From an uncultured archaeon (GTDB taxonomy: Archaea > Asgardarchaeota > Lokiarchaeia > Sigyniarchaeales > SOKP01): a DNA stretch of 64,000 bases. Below are positions 29,789 through 39,351 of the stretch, in pieces (the stretch's first letter is position 1; every line of letters starts with the position of its first letter). A model generated the notes under the pieces. That model was not told the DNA's origin, searched no databases, and saw only the letters and a list, made by a program, of their open reading frames with translations. The stretch lies in contig CAZOYD010000010.1 of assembly GCA_964583985.1 (NCBI GenBank), forward strand, positions 1 to 64,000, written 5' to 3'. The position numbers and the translations under genes are program-made.

Positions 29789-30781
29789 ATGAAGAAAGTT
29801 GTATATTCCAGAGCTCCCGTAAGGATCTGTGATATAGGGGGATGGACAGATACATGGTTCTATCCAAAAGGTGTAGTTTTTAATATTGCGGTCGATCTTT
29901 TTACTTATCTTCGAGTTTGCGAAAATTCTAGCAATAATATTTGCATTACATCTGAAAATCTTGAAATAGAAACTAAATTCAATGTTAATAATATTATTTA
30001 TGATGGAAAATTAGACCTTCTAAAGGCAGTTATTAACAAGATGGGTATTGACAAGGGTATCGATATCCTTGTAAGATCTGATGTACCTCCTGGGTGTGGA
30101 ACCGGAACTAGTGCAAGCGTAGCCGTGGCACTAATAAGTGCTTTAGCTCATCTTCAAGGAGAAGAAAAAGATCCTTTACAAATTGCTAATTTAGCACATC
30201 AGATTGAAACAGACGAGTTGAAATTAGAAAGTGGCGTTCAAGATCAGTATGCTGCAGCGAAAGGGGGGATAAATTTTATGGAAATAGATTATCCTTCTGT
30301 AAAATTAACACCGATAACTGTTTCTAAAAGAAGAATGTATGAATATGAAAACCAATTAATCTTGATCTATTTTGGTTCTCGAAGTTCAAGTGAGATGCAT
30401 AAAGCAGTAATTAAAAAATTTAAGCAAAAAGATGAAAAAGTGATTAAAGCATTTGATACAATCAAAAATTGTGCGCTAAAAATGAAAAATAGTGCTAAAT
30501 TGACATTGGAGGAAATTGGAGCCATTTTAAATACAAATTGGAGTGCTCAAAAGCAATTACATCCTTTGATGACAAATTCGTCTATAGAAAAAGCAGAAAA
30601 GATAGCACGAGATAAAGGAGCTTTAGGATTTAAATGTAATGGGGCAGGAGGAGGAGGATCCGCTACGATTTTAGCAAAACCTGAAGGAGTATATTCATTA
30701 ATGAAAGAATACACTCGAAATGGATATACAGTATTAAAAATTAAGTTAAATTTTGAAGGCGTCTACAGTTTTACGCTTTAA
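29789..30781 (+). CDS. GHMP kinase (heptose-7-phosphate/fucose kinase-like)
   Basis: RAPVRI...GGWTD, PPGCGTGTSA, SG.QDQYAAA.GG, K..GAGGGG; AGGAGG upstream. Confidence 0.9.
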   Translation: MKKVVYSRAPVRICDIGGWTDTWFYPKGVVFNIAVDLFTYLRVCENSSNNICITSENLEIETKFNVNNIIYDGKLDLLKAVINKMGIDKGIDILVRSDVPPGCGTGTSASVAVALISALAHLQGEEKDPLQIANLAHQIETDELKLESGVQDQYAAAKGGINFMEIDYPSVKLTPITVSKRRMYEYENQLILIYFGSRSSSEMHKAVIKKFKQKDEKVIKAFDTIKNCALKMKNSAKLTLEEIGAILNTNWSAQKQLHPLMTNSSIEKAEKIARDKGALGFKCNGAGGGGSATILAKPEGVYSLMKEYTRNGYTVLKIKLNFEGVYSFTL

Positions 30782-30826
30782 AAAGTGATGTGTTTGGTTT
30801 TTATAGTCAATTATTTAAAGAATGGT

Positions 30827-31636
30827 ATGACTATTCCAGATGATTCAATTATCATCTCAAAAATAAAACGATTTCCTGAAAAGTTAAACTTTCACCAGTT
30901 GCTCATCTTTAACAAGTCAGGCATTTGTATATATAAATTAAATATTTCAGATTCTTTTCCAATTCAAGAAGAACAATTGATTTCTTCCTATTTTACTGCA
31001 TTAATGTCATTTACCAAGGAATTAGTAGGTAATAGAATAAAAGCATTAGAAATGGGAGGAAATCTCAAACTCGTTGTATTTGATAGAAAAAATTTATATT
31101 ATGTCCTTTTATGCGATTCAATAGAAAATATATCTCTTATAAAAGAATTAATTTCTTGTATCCACAAGGAATTTCTTCATTATGTATCTAAAAATGAAAT
31201 TAGAACAGATTTAGAATATATTAGTGATTCAATCTTAGATCTTACATTGAAAGATGTATTCGATAGGGTTTTAGGAAAAATTTTTGATACAGATAAAGAA
31301 GAATCGATTTTGAATTATTTAAAAGATCTTAGATTAAATGATGATATTAATGGAGTTATATTCTTAACTGATCTAGGGCATGTGATATATTCCTCGCTAA
31401 AAAACCCTAAATTACGTAAATTTCTTAAAGAAGTCGAATTTCGAGTTAAAATCTGTAATAATTCTATTATTAAACTTTTTTATACTTCTAAGGATAATGA
31501 ACTTATCTATTCAGAATACATCAAAGATAAGTATTTGATCATCTTGATTTTTGATTCCAAAATTAAATTCGGTATAGCAGAATACTATTTACAGAAGGTT
31601 TTAAGGAAGATTTCATTACTTTTAGAGAATACTTAA
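30827..31636 (+). CDS. Longin-like plus Roadblock/LC7-like two-domain protein
   Basis: LLIFNKSGICIY...QLISSYFTAL.SF.KE (longin) then INGVIFLTDLGHVIYS...LIILIF...KFGIAEYYL (roadblock); start 30827 or 30785. Confidence 0.7.
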   Translation: MTIPDDSIIISKIKRFPEKLNFHQLLIFNKSGICIYKLNISDSFPIQEEQLISSYFTALMSFTKELVGNRIKALEMGGNLKLVVFDRKNLYYVLLCDSIENISLIKELISCIHKEFLHYVSKNEIRTDLEYISDSILDLTLKDVFDRVLGKIFDTDKEESILNYLKDLRLNDDINGVIFLTDLGHVIYSSLKNPKLRKFLKEVEFRVKICNNSIIKLFYTSKDNELIYSEYIKDKYLIILIFDSKIKFGIAEYYLQKVLRKISLLLENT

Positions 31637-31759
31637 TTACCACTTTGATGAAATTCTTTGTTTTGAACTTTTTATATTGAAATTTATATAATATAAAATA
31701 CAAATTGAAATAAGTAAAATCATAAATCAACATAATAACTTATAAAATGAAAGAGATAA

Positions 31760-32263
31760 ATGACAAAATCAGAAGAAGGATTAAAAACCGCATTTGCGGG
31801 CGAATCTCAAGCCAATAGAAAATATTTAGCTTTTGCTAATCAAGCAGAAAAAGATGGTCTTCCAGGAATAGCACATTTATTTCGTGCTGCTGCTGCTGCT
31901 GAAACCGTACACGCACATAACCATTTAAGAACGTTAGGAGGCATTAAAAATACTAAGGAAAATTTAAAAGAAGCGATTGGGGGGGAATTTTATGAATTTA
32001 CCTCAATGTATCCAGAATTCATCGGATACGCAAAAGATGAGTCGAATGCTGCTGCTGAGAGAACATTTAATTATGCTAACGAAGTTGAGAAAATTCACCA
32101 CGAGCTATACAAAAAAGCATTAAATGCAGTAGAAAACGGAAAAGACCTCAAAGATACAAGTATTTATGTCTGCTCTGTTTGTGGATACACTCACGAAGGA
32201 GAAGCCCCAGATAAATGTCCCGTTTGTGGTGCTGTAAAAAAAGCGTTTAATAAGATTGATTAG
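31760..32263 (+). CDS. rbr: Rubrerythrin
   Basis: AFAGESQA..KY, ETVH, GE..E...MYP, EKIH, rubredoxin CSVCG...CPVCG. Confidence 0.95.
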   Translation: MTKSEEGLKTAFAGESQANRKYLAFANQAEKDGLPGIAHLFRAAAAAETVHAHNHLRTLGGIKNTKENLKEAIGGEFYEFTSMYPEFIGYAKDESNAAAERTFNYANEVEKIHHELYKKALNAVENGKDLKDTSIYVCSVCGYTHEGEAPDKCPVCGAVKKAFNKID

Positions 32264-32276
32264 AATTTCTTTTTTT

Positions 32277-33848
32277 TTAAATTATCCAAGGTTTATATCC
32301 CGATTTAACTTTATTTAGATAATCATCAATAGAAATGTCACATTCTTTTTCAGCTCTTCTTAATGAACCCATATTTGCACCATTTTCATAATATCTGATT
32401 AATAGATTTGAGATTTGATCATCCCCTAATGAAATAAGTGTTTGCAATTGAGCTTGTTTGATTAATGCGTTAAAGTTTTTAAATTTTAAGTTAATTGAAG
32501 GAATATCTTTTAGTCCCTTTTGGAGTATTTTAAATTTTTCTTTTAAGAGAGGTAAATTTTCTCTTAAATAAGTAGTACATTCTTTTTCATAAGGGGTGTT
32601 AAATTTAGGAATGAAAGGGTTCACATTTACCTTTAATGAATGTTTTTGAAATCCTAATTCATCAATCTTTTTAAGAAGTTGTATAATTTCTCTTACATCG
32701 TCGTCAGTTTCTTCAGGTAAACCAATCAAAAAGTAAAATTTAATCCCTCTTATTTTAGATTTCTTAACTTGTTCAATAATTTGAAATAATAAAGTATTTG
32801 ATATATTTTTACCAACCGATTTCCTAAGTATTTCTGTTCCTGCTTCAGGAGCAATAGTAATTGTTTTTATGTTTCCCTTTTCGAATAAACTAATTAATTT
32901 AGGTGTTATATGATCTATTCTTATTGAAGGAACGCTGAAATCCTTTCCTGTGGCAATTATGCGCTCACAAATTTCATAAAAGTTGGGGTGAGATGATACA
33001 CATGACCCAATTAAACTAAATTTTTCAAAATTCCTGAAATTCGCGCTCTTGTTGATACATTCTACTATGCTTTCATAACTTCTATTTCTAAATGGTCGAT
33101 TATGAAAGGAAGAAATGCAAAATTTACAGTGATAAGGACATCCTCTATTTACCTCAATAAAAAAATACGACCCAAGAATTTCATCTTTATTGTTTATATC
33201 TTGCAATAAAAACTGTTTCTCAGGAATCTTTGATTCATCAAGATTTTTTAATATCACCCTTTTAACTTGATTTTTTAAAACGGGTACATATAAACCTTCA
33301 ATCTTGCTACATTCAATTAGGAAATTATGATAATCAGCCTTGCTTTTTTTATACTTATCATACAAGGAGAGAAAAATTCCCAAATTAGGCTCAGCATCAC
33401 CGATAAACATGATATCGAAAATATTACTGAAAGGTAAAGGATTAGAAGTTATGACAGGACCACCAGCAATTATCAAGGGATGATCTTGCTCTTCAAATTT
33501 AGCTCGATTCCATCTTTCAGAATTTAATAATGGAATTTTTGCCTTGTCTAAAATCCATAGTATGTTCCTAAAATCATTTTCAAAATGGATAGAAACCCCC
33601 AAAATATCAAATTGATTGGGTAAATATCCAGTTTCAAGACCCTTGATACAATTAATGGGTTTAAGATCTTCTATTGCTGGAAATTTAATTCCCTTAGGTA
33701 AATGTATTCTATCACATAACACATTATTATATGAATTGAGATAACTATATAGGAAACGTATTGTATAAGATGAGAGCATTATATTTAATTGATTTGGATA
33801 TATCAATCCAAAAGAAGTCAAATTTTCGTTATGACCCTTCAATATCAT
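32277..33848 (-). CDS. Radical SAM protein with N-terminal B12-binding-like domain
   Basis: IAGGP..T.NP.P, FIGDAE, EVNRGCPYHCKFC, PS.R.D, TIAPEAG, YFLIGLP.ET, PFIPK..TP. Confidence 0.88.
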   Translation of the reverse strand: MILKGHNENLTSFGLIYPNQLNIMLSSYTIRFLYSYLNSYNNVLCDRIHLPKGIKFPAIEDLKPINCIKGLETGYLPNQFDILGVSIHFENDFRNILWILDKAKIPLLNSERWNRAKFEEQDHPLIIAGGPVITSNPLPFSNIFDIMFIGDAEPNLGIFLSLYDKYKKSKADYHNFLIECSKIEGLYVPVLKNQVKRVILKNLDESKIPEKQFLLQDINNKDEILGSYFFIEVNRGCPYHCKFCISSFHNRPFRNRSYESIVECINKSANFRNFEKFSLIGSCVSSHPNFYEICERIIATGKDFSVPSIRIDHITPKLISLFEKGNIKTITIAPEAGTEILRKSVGKNISNTLLFQIIEQVKKSKIRGIKFYFLIGLPEETDDDVREIIQLLKKIDELGFQKHSLKVNVNPFIPKFNTPYEKECTTYLRENLPLLKEKFKILQKGLKDIPSINLKFKNFNALIKQAQLQTLISLGDDQISNLLIRYYENGANMGSLRRAEKECDISIDDYLNKVKSGYKPWII

Positions 33849-34660
33849 TTTCCTTTCATTAATAGGTTCTTAGTGTCCAAAATCTGTTTAACTTGCTCCA
33901 CAATTAATGGTAGAATTATTCCCGTTTTATGTTGAATTACAACCTCAGCCCGGGCATCTAAATGCGTGGGTTGATCATTTACAATGATTAATTTCCCTTT
34001 ATCTCTTAATGTATAAAGCGGGAGATCACAAACAGGAGCCACTTCGAGGGAAGATCCCGCTATAAGCATGACATCTGCTTTTTGAGATAAAGCTTGCGAT
34101 TGATAAATTTCAAACTTAGGTAAACTTTCACCAAATAAAGTAACAGAAGGTTTCAATGGAGCAGAGCACACATCACATTGAGGGGGATAATGTTTTTCCT
34201 TTTTTAATTTTCTCAATACTTGATCCTTTGTATAAGAAGCACCACACCCAAAACAATCAAACCGATTAATATTACCATGAACTTCATAGACTAAAATAGA
34301 ACCTGCTTTTTGATGAAGCTCGTCAATATTTTGAGTGATAACTCCTTTAATTATATTCATTTTCTCAAGCTCAGCTAAAGCTATATGTCCCCTATTTGGT
34401 TTCGCTTTAAATAATGTAGGAGCTATTTTTTCAGCCATTTCCCAGAATTTTGTTGGATCCTTTATGAAAGCCTGGATGTTGCCATAAATCTCAACCTTAT
34501 ACTTCTCCCATATACCACCTTCACCTCGAAAGTCCGGTATTCCAGACTCTGTGGAAATGCCTGCACCTGTTAGGGCAATTGCGCTTTTAGAGTTTGCCAG
34601 AAGTTCAGCAGCTTGCTGAATTTTCTTCTTTTCAATAATTCTCATCACTTTCATTAGCAT
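33845..34660 (-). CDS. cobB: Sir2-family NAD-dependent deacylase
   Basis: TGAGISTESGIPDFRG, TQNIDELHQKAG, HG, two CxxC, FGE.LP, GSSL.V.P; stop overlaps the radical SAM start (ATGA). Confidence 0.95.
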   Translation of the reverse strand: MLMKVMRIIEKKKIQQAAELLANSKSAIALTGAGISTESGIPDFRGEGGIWEKYKVEIYGNIQAFIKDPTKFWEMAEKIAPTLFKAKPNRGHIALAELEKMNIIKGVITQNIDELHQKAGSILVYEVHGNINRFDCFGCGASYTKDQVLRKLKKEKHYPPQCDVCSAPLKPSVTLFGESLPKFEIYQSQALSQKADVMLIAGSSLEVAPVCDLPLYTLRDKGKLIIVNDQPTHLDARAEVVIQHKTGIILPLIVEQVKQILDTKNLLMKGK

Positions 34661-34965
34661 GACCTCATTTTTCCAATTTTAACATGGATTTAAAATGAAT
34701 AAATTAACATCTAGACTTAAAACGTGTAATTGTTGATTCAATTATATTTCAATATTCCCGTTATACAAATATTTTTAATATATTGTTGAAAATTATAAAA
34801 AGTTAATTATTAGGAAAAAAAATATGTAAGACTTTTCATGGAAATTTAGTATTATACTATGTCCCGTAATATGTTTAGTTTCAAAAATCATTAATATATT
34901 CATTAATTCCTTATTTTCAATGGGATAGCTTTTTTTTTTAAAAACCATATTTTCTGCGCATTTTT

Positions 34966-35853
34966 ATGATTACCGGTTTCGCAATAATTTTGAATGAGGA
35001 AATATTGTACGTTTCTAATGAAAATAAATATGCTTTCTTTGAAATAGTGCTATTTATTGAGAAATTAATTAAAAGCATAAATCCAAAAAATTATTGGCGC
35101 TTGAAGAACATATTTTTCGAAAATGAGAAGGGCAAAGAGCGTATGATTATTAAACATCTCATAACAGAAAAAAATGAAAACTTATTTTACTGCATTACCG
35201 GTGAATTTATTTCTGGTTCAGAAGAAGCAAATAGAATGCTTGACGAATATATTGAAAAAGTTAGCGCTAATTATCCTAATGTAGACGCAATTGAAAGAGC
35301 TTCAAGTAAACCTGAATTCTCTAAAATAATAAAGCTGATTACTGCTTATCTTTGGAATAAATATCGTGATTCTATCGCAGAAGAAGAATTGACAAGTAGT
35401 TGTCTTACTAATAATAATAAAATCTTGTACTGTGGTATTTCTACCCAAGGATTACCTATTATTTCAAAATTATATGATGACTCTCTTTTAGAAAATATTA
35501 AAAGAGACGCGTCAAAAGAAAATATCGATATCTTTACTTCAAACTTATCAGCTAAATTAGCTACAATTACAATGAATACTCAAATAAGAGCAAAAAGTTA
35601 TATTAAAGAAATCCATTTCGACGATTTGGAAAATGAGGGATGCATGAAATTAATTTTATATGGTAAAATTAATAGTTTTTCATTAGATCTTATCGCTTCT
35701 GGAAATTTATTTAGAATTAAAGATATTTTTAGCCAATTGGAATCAAAGATTGCTAAAGAGGAAGTTTTACTTAATGAGTTCGATGGAGATCTTAAACCTT
35801 ATCGAGCACTTACATCTTATCTAGATGAAATAATACATGAGTTTGATCATTAA
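34966..35853 (+). CDS. Hypothetical protein, probably tandem longin-like domains
   Basis: Two beta-beta-alpha-beta-beta-beta-alpha patterned halves (GFAIILNEEILY..; LYCGISTQGLPIISKLY..LSAKLATI). Confidence 0.55.
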   Translation: MITGFAIILNEEILYVSNENKYAFFEIVLFIEKLIKSINPKNYWRLKNIFFENEKGKERMIIKHLITEKNENLFYCITGEFISGSEEANRMLDEYIEKVSANYPNVDAIERASSKPEFSKIIKLITAYLWNKYRDSIAEEELTSSCLTNNNKILYCGISTQGLPIISKLYDDSLLENIKRDASKENIDIFTSNLSAKLATITMNTQIRAKSYIKEIHFDDLENEGCMKLILYGKINSFSLDLIASGNLFRIKDIFSQLESKIAKEEVLLNEFDGDLKPYRALTSYLDEIIHEFDH

Positions 35854-35884
35854 TTTATAATATTATGCTTTTTTAGAGATATTT

Positions 35885-37177
35885 ATGAAAGCCGTAATCC
35901 TAGCAGCTGGAAAGGGAAAAAGGTTACGTCCTATAACAGCAACTAAGCCAAAACCCATGATTCCAATTGCAGGTAAACCTTTATTAGAGCACACAATCTT
36001 AGCTTTAAAGAATGTAGGCATCCATGACGTTCTAATTATTACTGGTTATAGAGAGAATGCCATTAAAGATTATTTTAAGGATGGAATTGATACAATCGGT
36101 ATAAATATATCATATATTACTCAAACAGAATATCATGGCACAGCAGATGCGACTAATTATGCAAAAAACTTTGTGAAAAATGATAATTTTCTTTTAATGT
36201 ACGGAGATTTGTTGGTTGATGAACGTGTATTCAAGGATGCAATTGAGCAATTCAAAACTCACGATCTTGACGGAATTATTTGTCTAATTAGAGTTGAAAA
36301 TCCGCAAGATTTTGGAATTATCACGTTAGATTCTCAGTTAAATGTCAAGAATATCACTGAAAAACCAGATCCTAATATGAACTTAGGAAATTTAGCTAAT
36401 GCAGGAGTTTATGTCTTTAAATCAAAGATTTTTAAAGCGATTGAAATGACAAGGGAATCCATTCGAGGGGAACTGGAATTTACAGATTCAATGCAAATTT
36501 TAATAAAAGACTTAAGCGGCAAAATTAAGGGTCATGTCATTAATAATCTCTTTTGGAGTGATATCGGATTACCTTGGCAATTACTAGATGCAAATAAGTA
36601 TTTGTTAGATCAATTAAACCCCTCAATTGAAGGTATTATTGAAAATAATGTGACTAAATCAGGTTCAATCCATATTGGTAATAAATCGATAATAAAAGCG
36701 GGAACAACAATAAACGGGCCTTGCTATATAGGAGAGAATTCATTAATAGGACCTAATGCTTTTATTCGCCCTTATAGCGTTATAGGTAATAATTGTCACG
36801 TTGGAATGTCTGAAGTAAAAAATTCTTTGATTTTCTCAAACACAAAAATCCCTCATTTTAATTACGTTGGTGATTCAATTATATGTGAAAATGTCAATCT
36901 CGGAGCGGGTACAAAAGTATCTAATCTCAGATTTGATAATAAAAGTATTAAGATGAACATCAATGGAAAATTGATAGATTCTAATAGAAGAAAATTAGGA
37001 GTTGTAATAGGTGCTAATTCTCAAACAGGCATAAACGTGAGTTTGATGTGTGGTAAAAAAATAGGCGAAAATTCTGTTATAGGAGCACACACTTTAATTA
37101 ATGAAGACGTACCCAGAGATAGTATTTACTTCCAAAATTCAAATGGGAAATTAATAAAAAAAGCTAATCATTTTTGA
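35885..37177 (+). CDS. glmU: Bifunctional sugar-1-phosphate nucleotidylyltransferase/acetyltransferase (archaeal GlmU type)
   Basis: LAAGKGKRLRP.T..PKP, GTA.A, EKP, RGE.E.TD, hexapeptide repeats, HFNYVGDS, NLGAGT. Confidence 0.9.
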   Translation: MKAVILAAGKGKRLRPITATKPKPMIPIAGKPLLEHTILALKNVGIHDVLIITGYRENAIKDYFKDGIDTIGINISYITQTEYHGTADATNYAKNFVKNDNFLLMYGDLLVDERVFKDAIEQFKTHDLDGIICLIRVENPQDFGIITLDSQLNVKNITEKPDPNMNLGNLANAGVYVFKSKIFKAIEMTRESIRGELEFTDSMQILIKDLSGKIKGHVINNLFWSDIGLPWQLLDANKYLLDQLNPSIEGIIENNVTKSGSIHIGNKSIIKAGTTINGPCYIGENSLIGPNAFIRPYSVIGNNCHVGMSEVKNSLIFSNTKIPHFNYVGDSIICENVNLGAGTKVSNLRFDNKSIKMNINGKLIDSNRRKLGVVIGANSQTGINVSLMCGKKIGENSVIGAHTLINEDVPRDSIYFQNSNGKLIKKANHF

Positions 37178-37297
37178 TAAGAATTCAATAATATCAGTAA
37201 AAACGAATGCTTTAGCAAAAATTATCGCAGAATTTATGAATATAAATTTGAAGCTAAAAAAATCAAAAAAAGTAATAAAAAATTCTGAATTAAGAAA

Positions 37298-38101
37298 TTA
37301 TTCTTCAGCTTCTTCTTCCTCTTCTTCAGAAATATCTTCCGGAATAATTTCTTCCTTTTGAGGTGTGGGTCTAGCTTGTGCTAGTTTTCTAACATTAATC
37401 CTTTCACTTCTTTTTATTTCACTCTTACGAGATCGTTTAACTTCAACTTCAACGATGTCAAAATCCTCTTCTTTTGAAACGTAAATTTGATCCTTCCCTC
37501 CTTCAGGAGTAGAAATTAATTTGCTTTTAATGATTGAAGAATTTGATAAGGGATAAATTGTTTTTGCTACTCTTTGTATTTGCTTAGCAAATTCTCCATA
37601 AACCATTCCACTTATGAATTTTTCATGATCAATGGATTTCCCAAATTCAGTGAGAATTTGTTTTATTATCTTTCTAATGAGAATTTGTTGACTGCTTCTA
37701 GCTCTCTTAATAGTTGTGCATATTGTTGTTAAGCGAAATACATACCCATCTTTTGTTGTAATGTTTAAAATAATTTGGATCTTTGAGCTTCCCCTTTCAA
37801 TCAACGATCTTACAAAATCATTGGTAAAAATATGTCCTATAAACATTGTGTTACAAGTGTTAGTTTCAGGATTTACGTCAATAACTTTAAATTTTATCTT
37901 GAGATTGATATCTGAAAAATTATTGGTAATATCATAGAGTAGGATTTCAATTGTTCTGTCAATGACGTTATTTTCAAATCCCATAATTTCTCCAATTTCT
38001 TTAAAATTGAAGCTTTTTGGGGCTTTTAAAGCAAACCAACTTTTATCTTTAAAAGATACTTTCTTTACTCTCACTCTCTTCTTTTTAGCTTTCTGGCTCA
38101 T
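37298..38101 (-). CDS. rps3ae: Ribosomal protein eS1 (S3Ae) with C-terminal extension
   Basis: KSWF...AP..F, R.IE..L.D, DFVRSL..R..SKI, TKDGY, SQQ..IR, IYPL...I.K; acidic tail. Confidence 0.93.
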   Translation of the reverse strand: MSQKAKKKRVRVKKVSFKDKSWFALKAPKSFNFKEIGEIMGFENNVIDRTIEILLYDITNNFSDINLKIKFKVIDVNPETNTCNTMFIGHIFTNDFVRSLIERGSSKIQIILNITTKDGYVFRLTTICTTIKRARSSQQILIRKIIKQILTEFGKSIDHEKFISGMVYGEFAKQIQRVAKTIYPLSNSSIIKSKLISTPEGGKDQIYVSKEEDFDIVEVEVKRSRKSEIKRSERINVRKLAQARPTPQKEEIIPEDISEEEEEEAEE

Positions 38102-38109
38102 TTATATTA

Positions 38110-38568
38110 TTACCTCGCCATTAATGTCCTTATTTTTTCAGGAACATACTTGAATTCTTGCTCCAATACTTTCTTCTTCTTATAATATCGGATTAACCGA
38201 TAAATTTTTGCTTCAGTTCGTTGCAACCCTTTTTTTGATTCAAGATCTTTATGATTAATTTCGAGATGTTTACGTAGATTGAGTGCTTTCTTAACTAAAT
38301 CGGAGAGATCTTCTGGTAAAGGCGAAATTATGTCATTATTTTCGAGAATCTGACTAATCGACTTCCCAGTTACAACTTTTACTAAAGGTACGCCATGGGA
38401 ATCTCTTAAAATAATTCCAATCATTGCTTTGGAGAATCCTCTTTTCGCTAATTTGACGACTTCAGCTTCTACTTCTTCACCAGACAATTCAACCCATACG
38501 GGTTTCTCTAATCTTGCAGGTCGAGTACTGCCGGAAGTTCCCTTCTTTCTTGAATGCATCCGAGCCAT
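38110..38568 (-). CDS. rps15: Ribosomal protein uS15 (S15P/S13e)
   Basis: MARMHSRKKG.SGS.RP, IG..LRD.HG.P, LPEDL..L..KA, E.KI.RL.RYYK; start corrected to ATG 38568. Confidence 0.96.
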   Translation of the reverse strand: MARMHSRKKGTSGSTRPARLEKPVWVELSGEEVEAEVVKLAKRGFSKAMIGIILRDSHGVPLVKVVTGKSISQILENNDIISPLPEDLSDLVKKALNLRKHLEINHKDLESKKGLQRTEAKIYRLIRYYKKKKVLEQEFKYVPEKIRTLMAR

Positions 38569-38758
38569 TTTATCACAGCACAATTAAAAATTTTAAGATT
38601 CTAATTATAATTTTAAATGATTTTTCGAAAATAAAATTTTGGAATTTTATTTAATTCCCAACCATTCAGCGTATTTTTTTTTCTAGATAAGGGAAAAAAA
38701 CTCACACAAAAATTAATTGTTTATATATCTAAATAAACCTTAGAGAATTATTACCAAT

Positions 38759-39343
38759 ATGACTCTATTAAAAGAAGACTTATATTTTATCACAGGGAAT
38801 TCTCATAAATTTCTTGAAATTCACCACTTATTCAAACAAGAATCCTTACAATATAACCTTATTCAAAAAGAATTAAAAACAATTGAAATTCAATCTAATT
38901 CAATTAAATCCGTGGCAGAATTCAAATTAAATAGCGTAAAAGAAAAATTAACCAAATCTGCCTTTGTAGAAGATGCTGGTTTTTTTGTCGATAATCCATT
39001 GAATGGTTTTCCCGGTGTATTTTCTTCTTATGTCATGAAAACAATCGGGAATAAAGGAATATTGAGTCTAATAAATAATTTTGAAGAGAGTAAAGCTCAT
39101 TTTTGTACAGTAATCGCATTATACTTTAAACCGTTGGATAAAGTATTATGCTTTGAAGGGATAGTAGAAGGTAAGGTATCAAGTGTTCAGAAAGGGACCA
39201 ATGGATTTGGATTTGATCCTATCTTCATTCCAGATGAAATCCCAACAAAAACATTCGCAGAATTAACTACGTCACAAAAAAATTCAATTTCTCACCGTGG
39301 TAAAGCTTGGATGAAACTCATTGATTTTTTAAAAGAAAATTGA
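38759..39343 (+). CDS. rdgB: Non-canonical purine NTP pyrophosphatase (RdgB/HAM1)
   Basis: ITGN..K, EIQ, EDAG, LNGFPG, GFGFDPIF, KN.ISHRGKA. Confidence 0.95.
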   Translation: MTLLKEDLYFITGNSHKFLEIHHLFKQESLQYNLIQKELKTIEIQSNSIKSVAEFKLNSVKEKLTKSAFVEDAGFFVDNPLNGFPGVFSSYVMKTIGNKGILSLINNFEESKAHFCTVIALYFKPLDKVLCFEGIVEGKVSSVQKGTNGFGFDPIFIPDEIPTKTFAELTTSQKNSISHRGKAWMKLIDFLKEN

Positions 39344-39351
39344 AAAATTGA

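Noticed and set aside
38569-38583. MCCDK extension on uS15
   Set aside because: The family begins MARMH, and the upstream GTGAT is better read as a ribosome-binding site.
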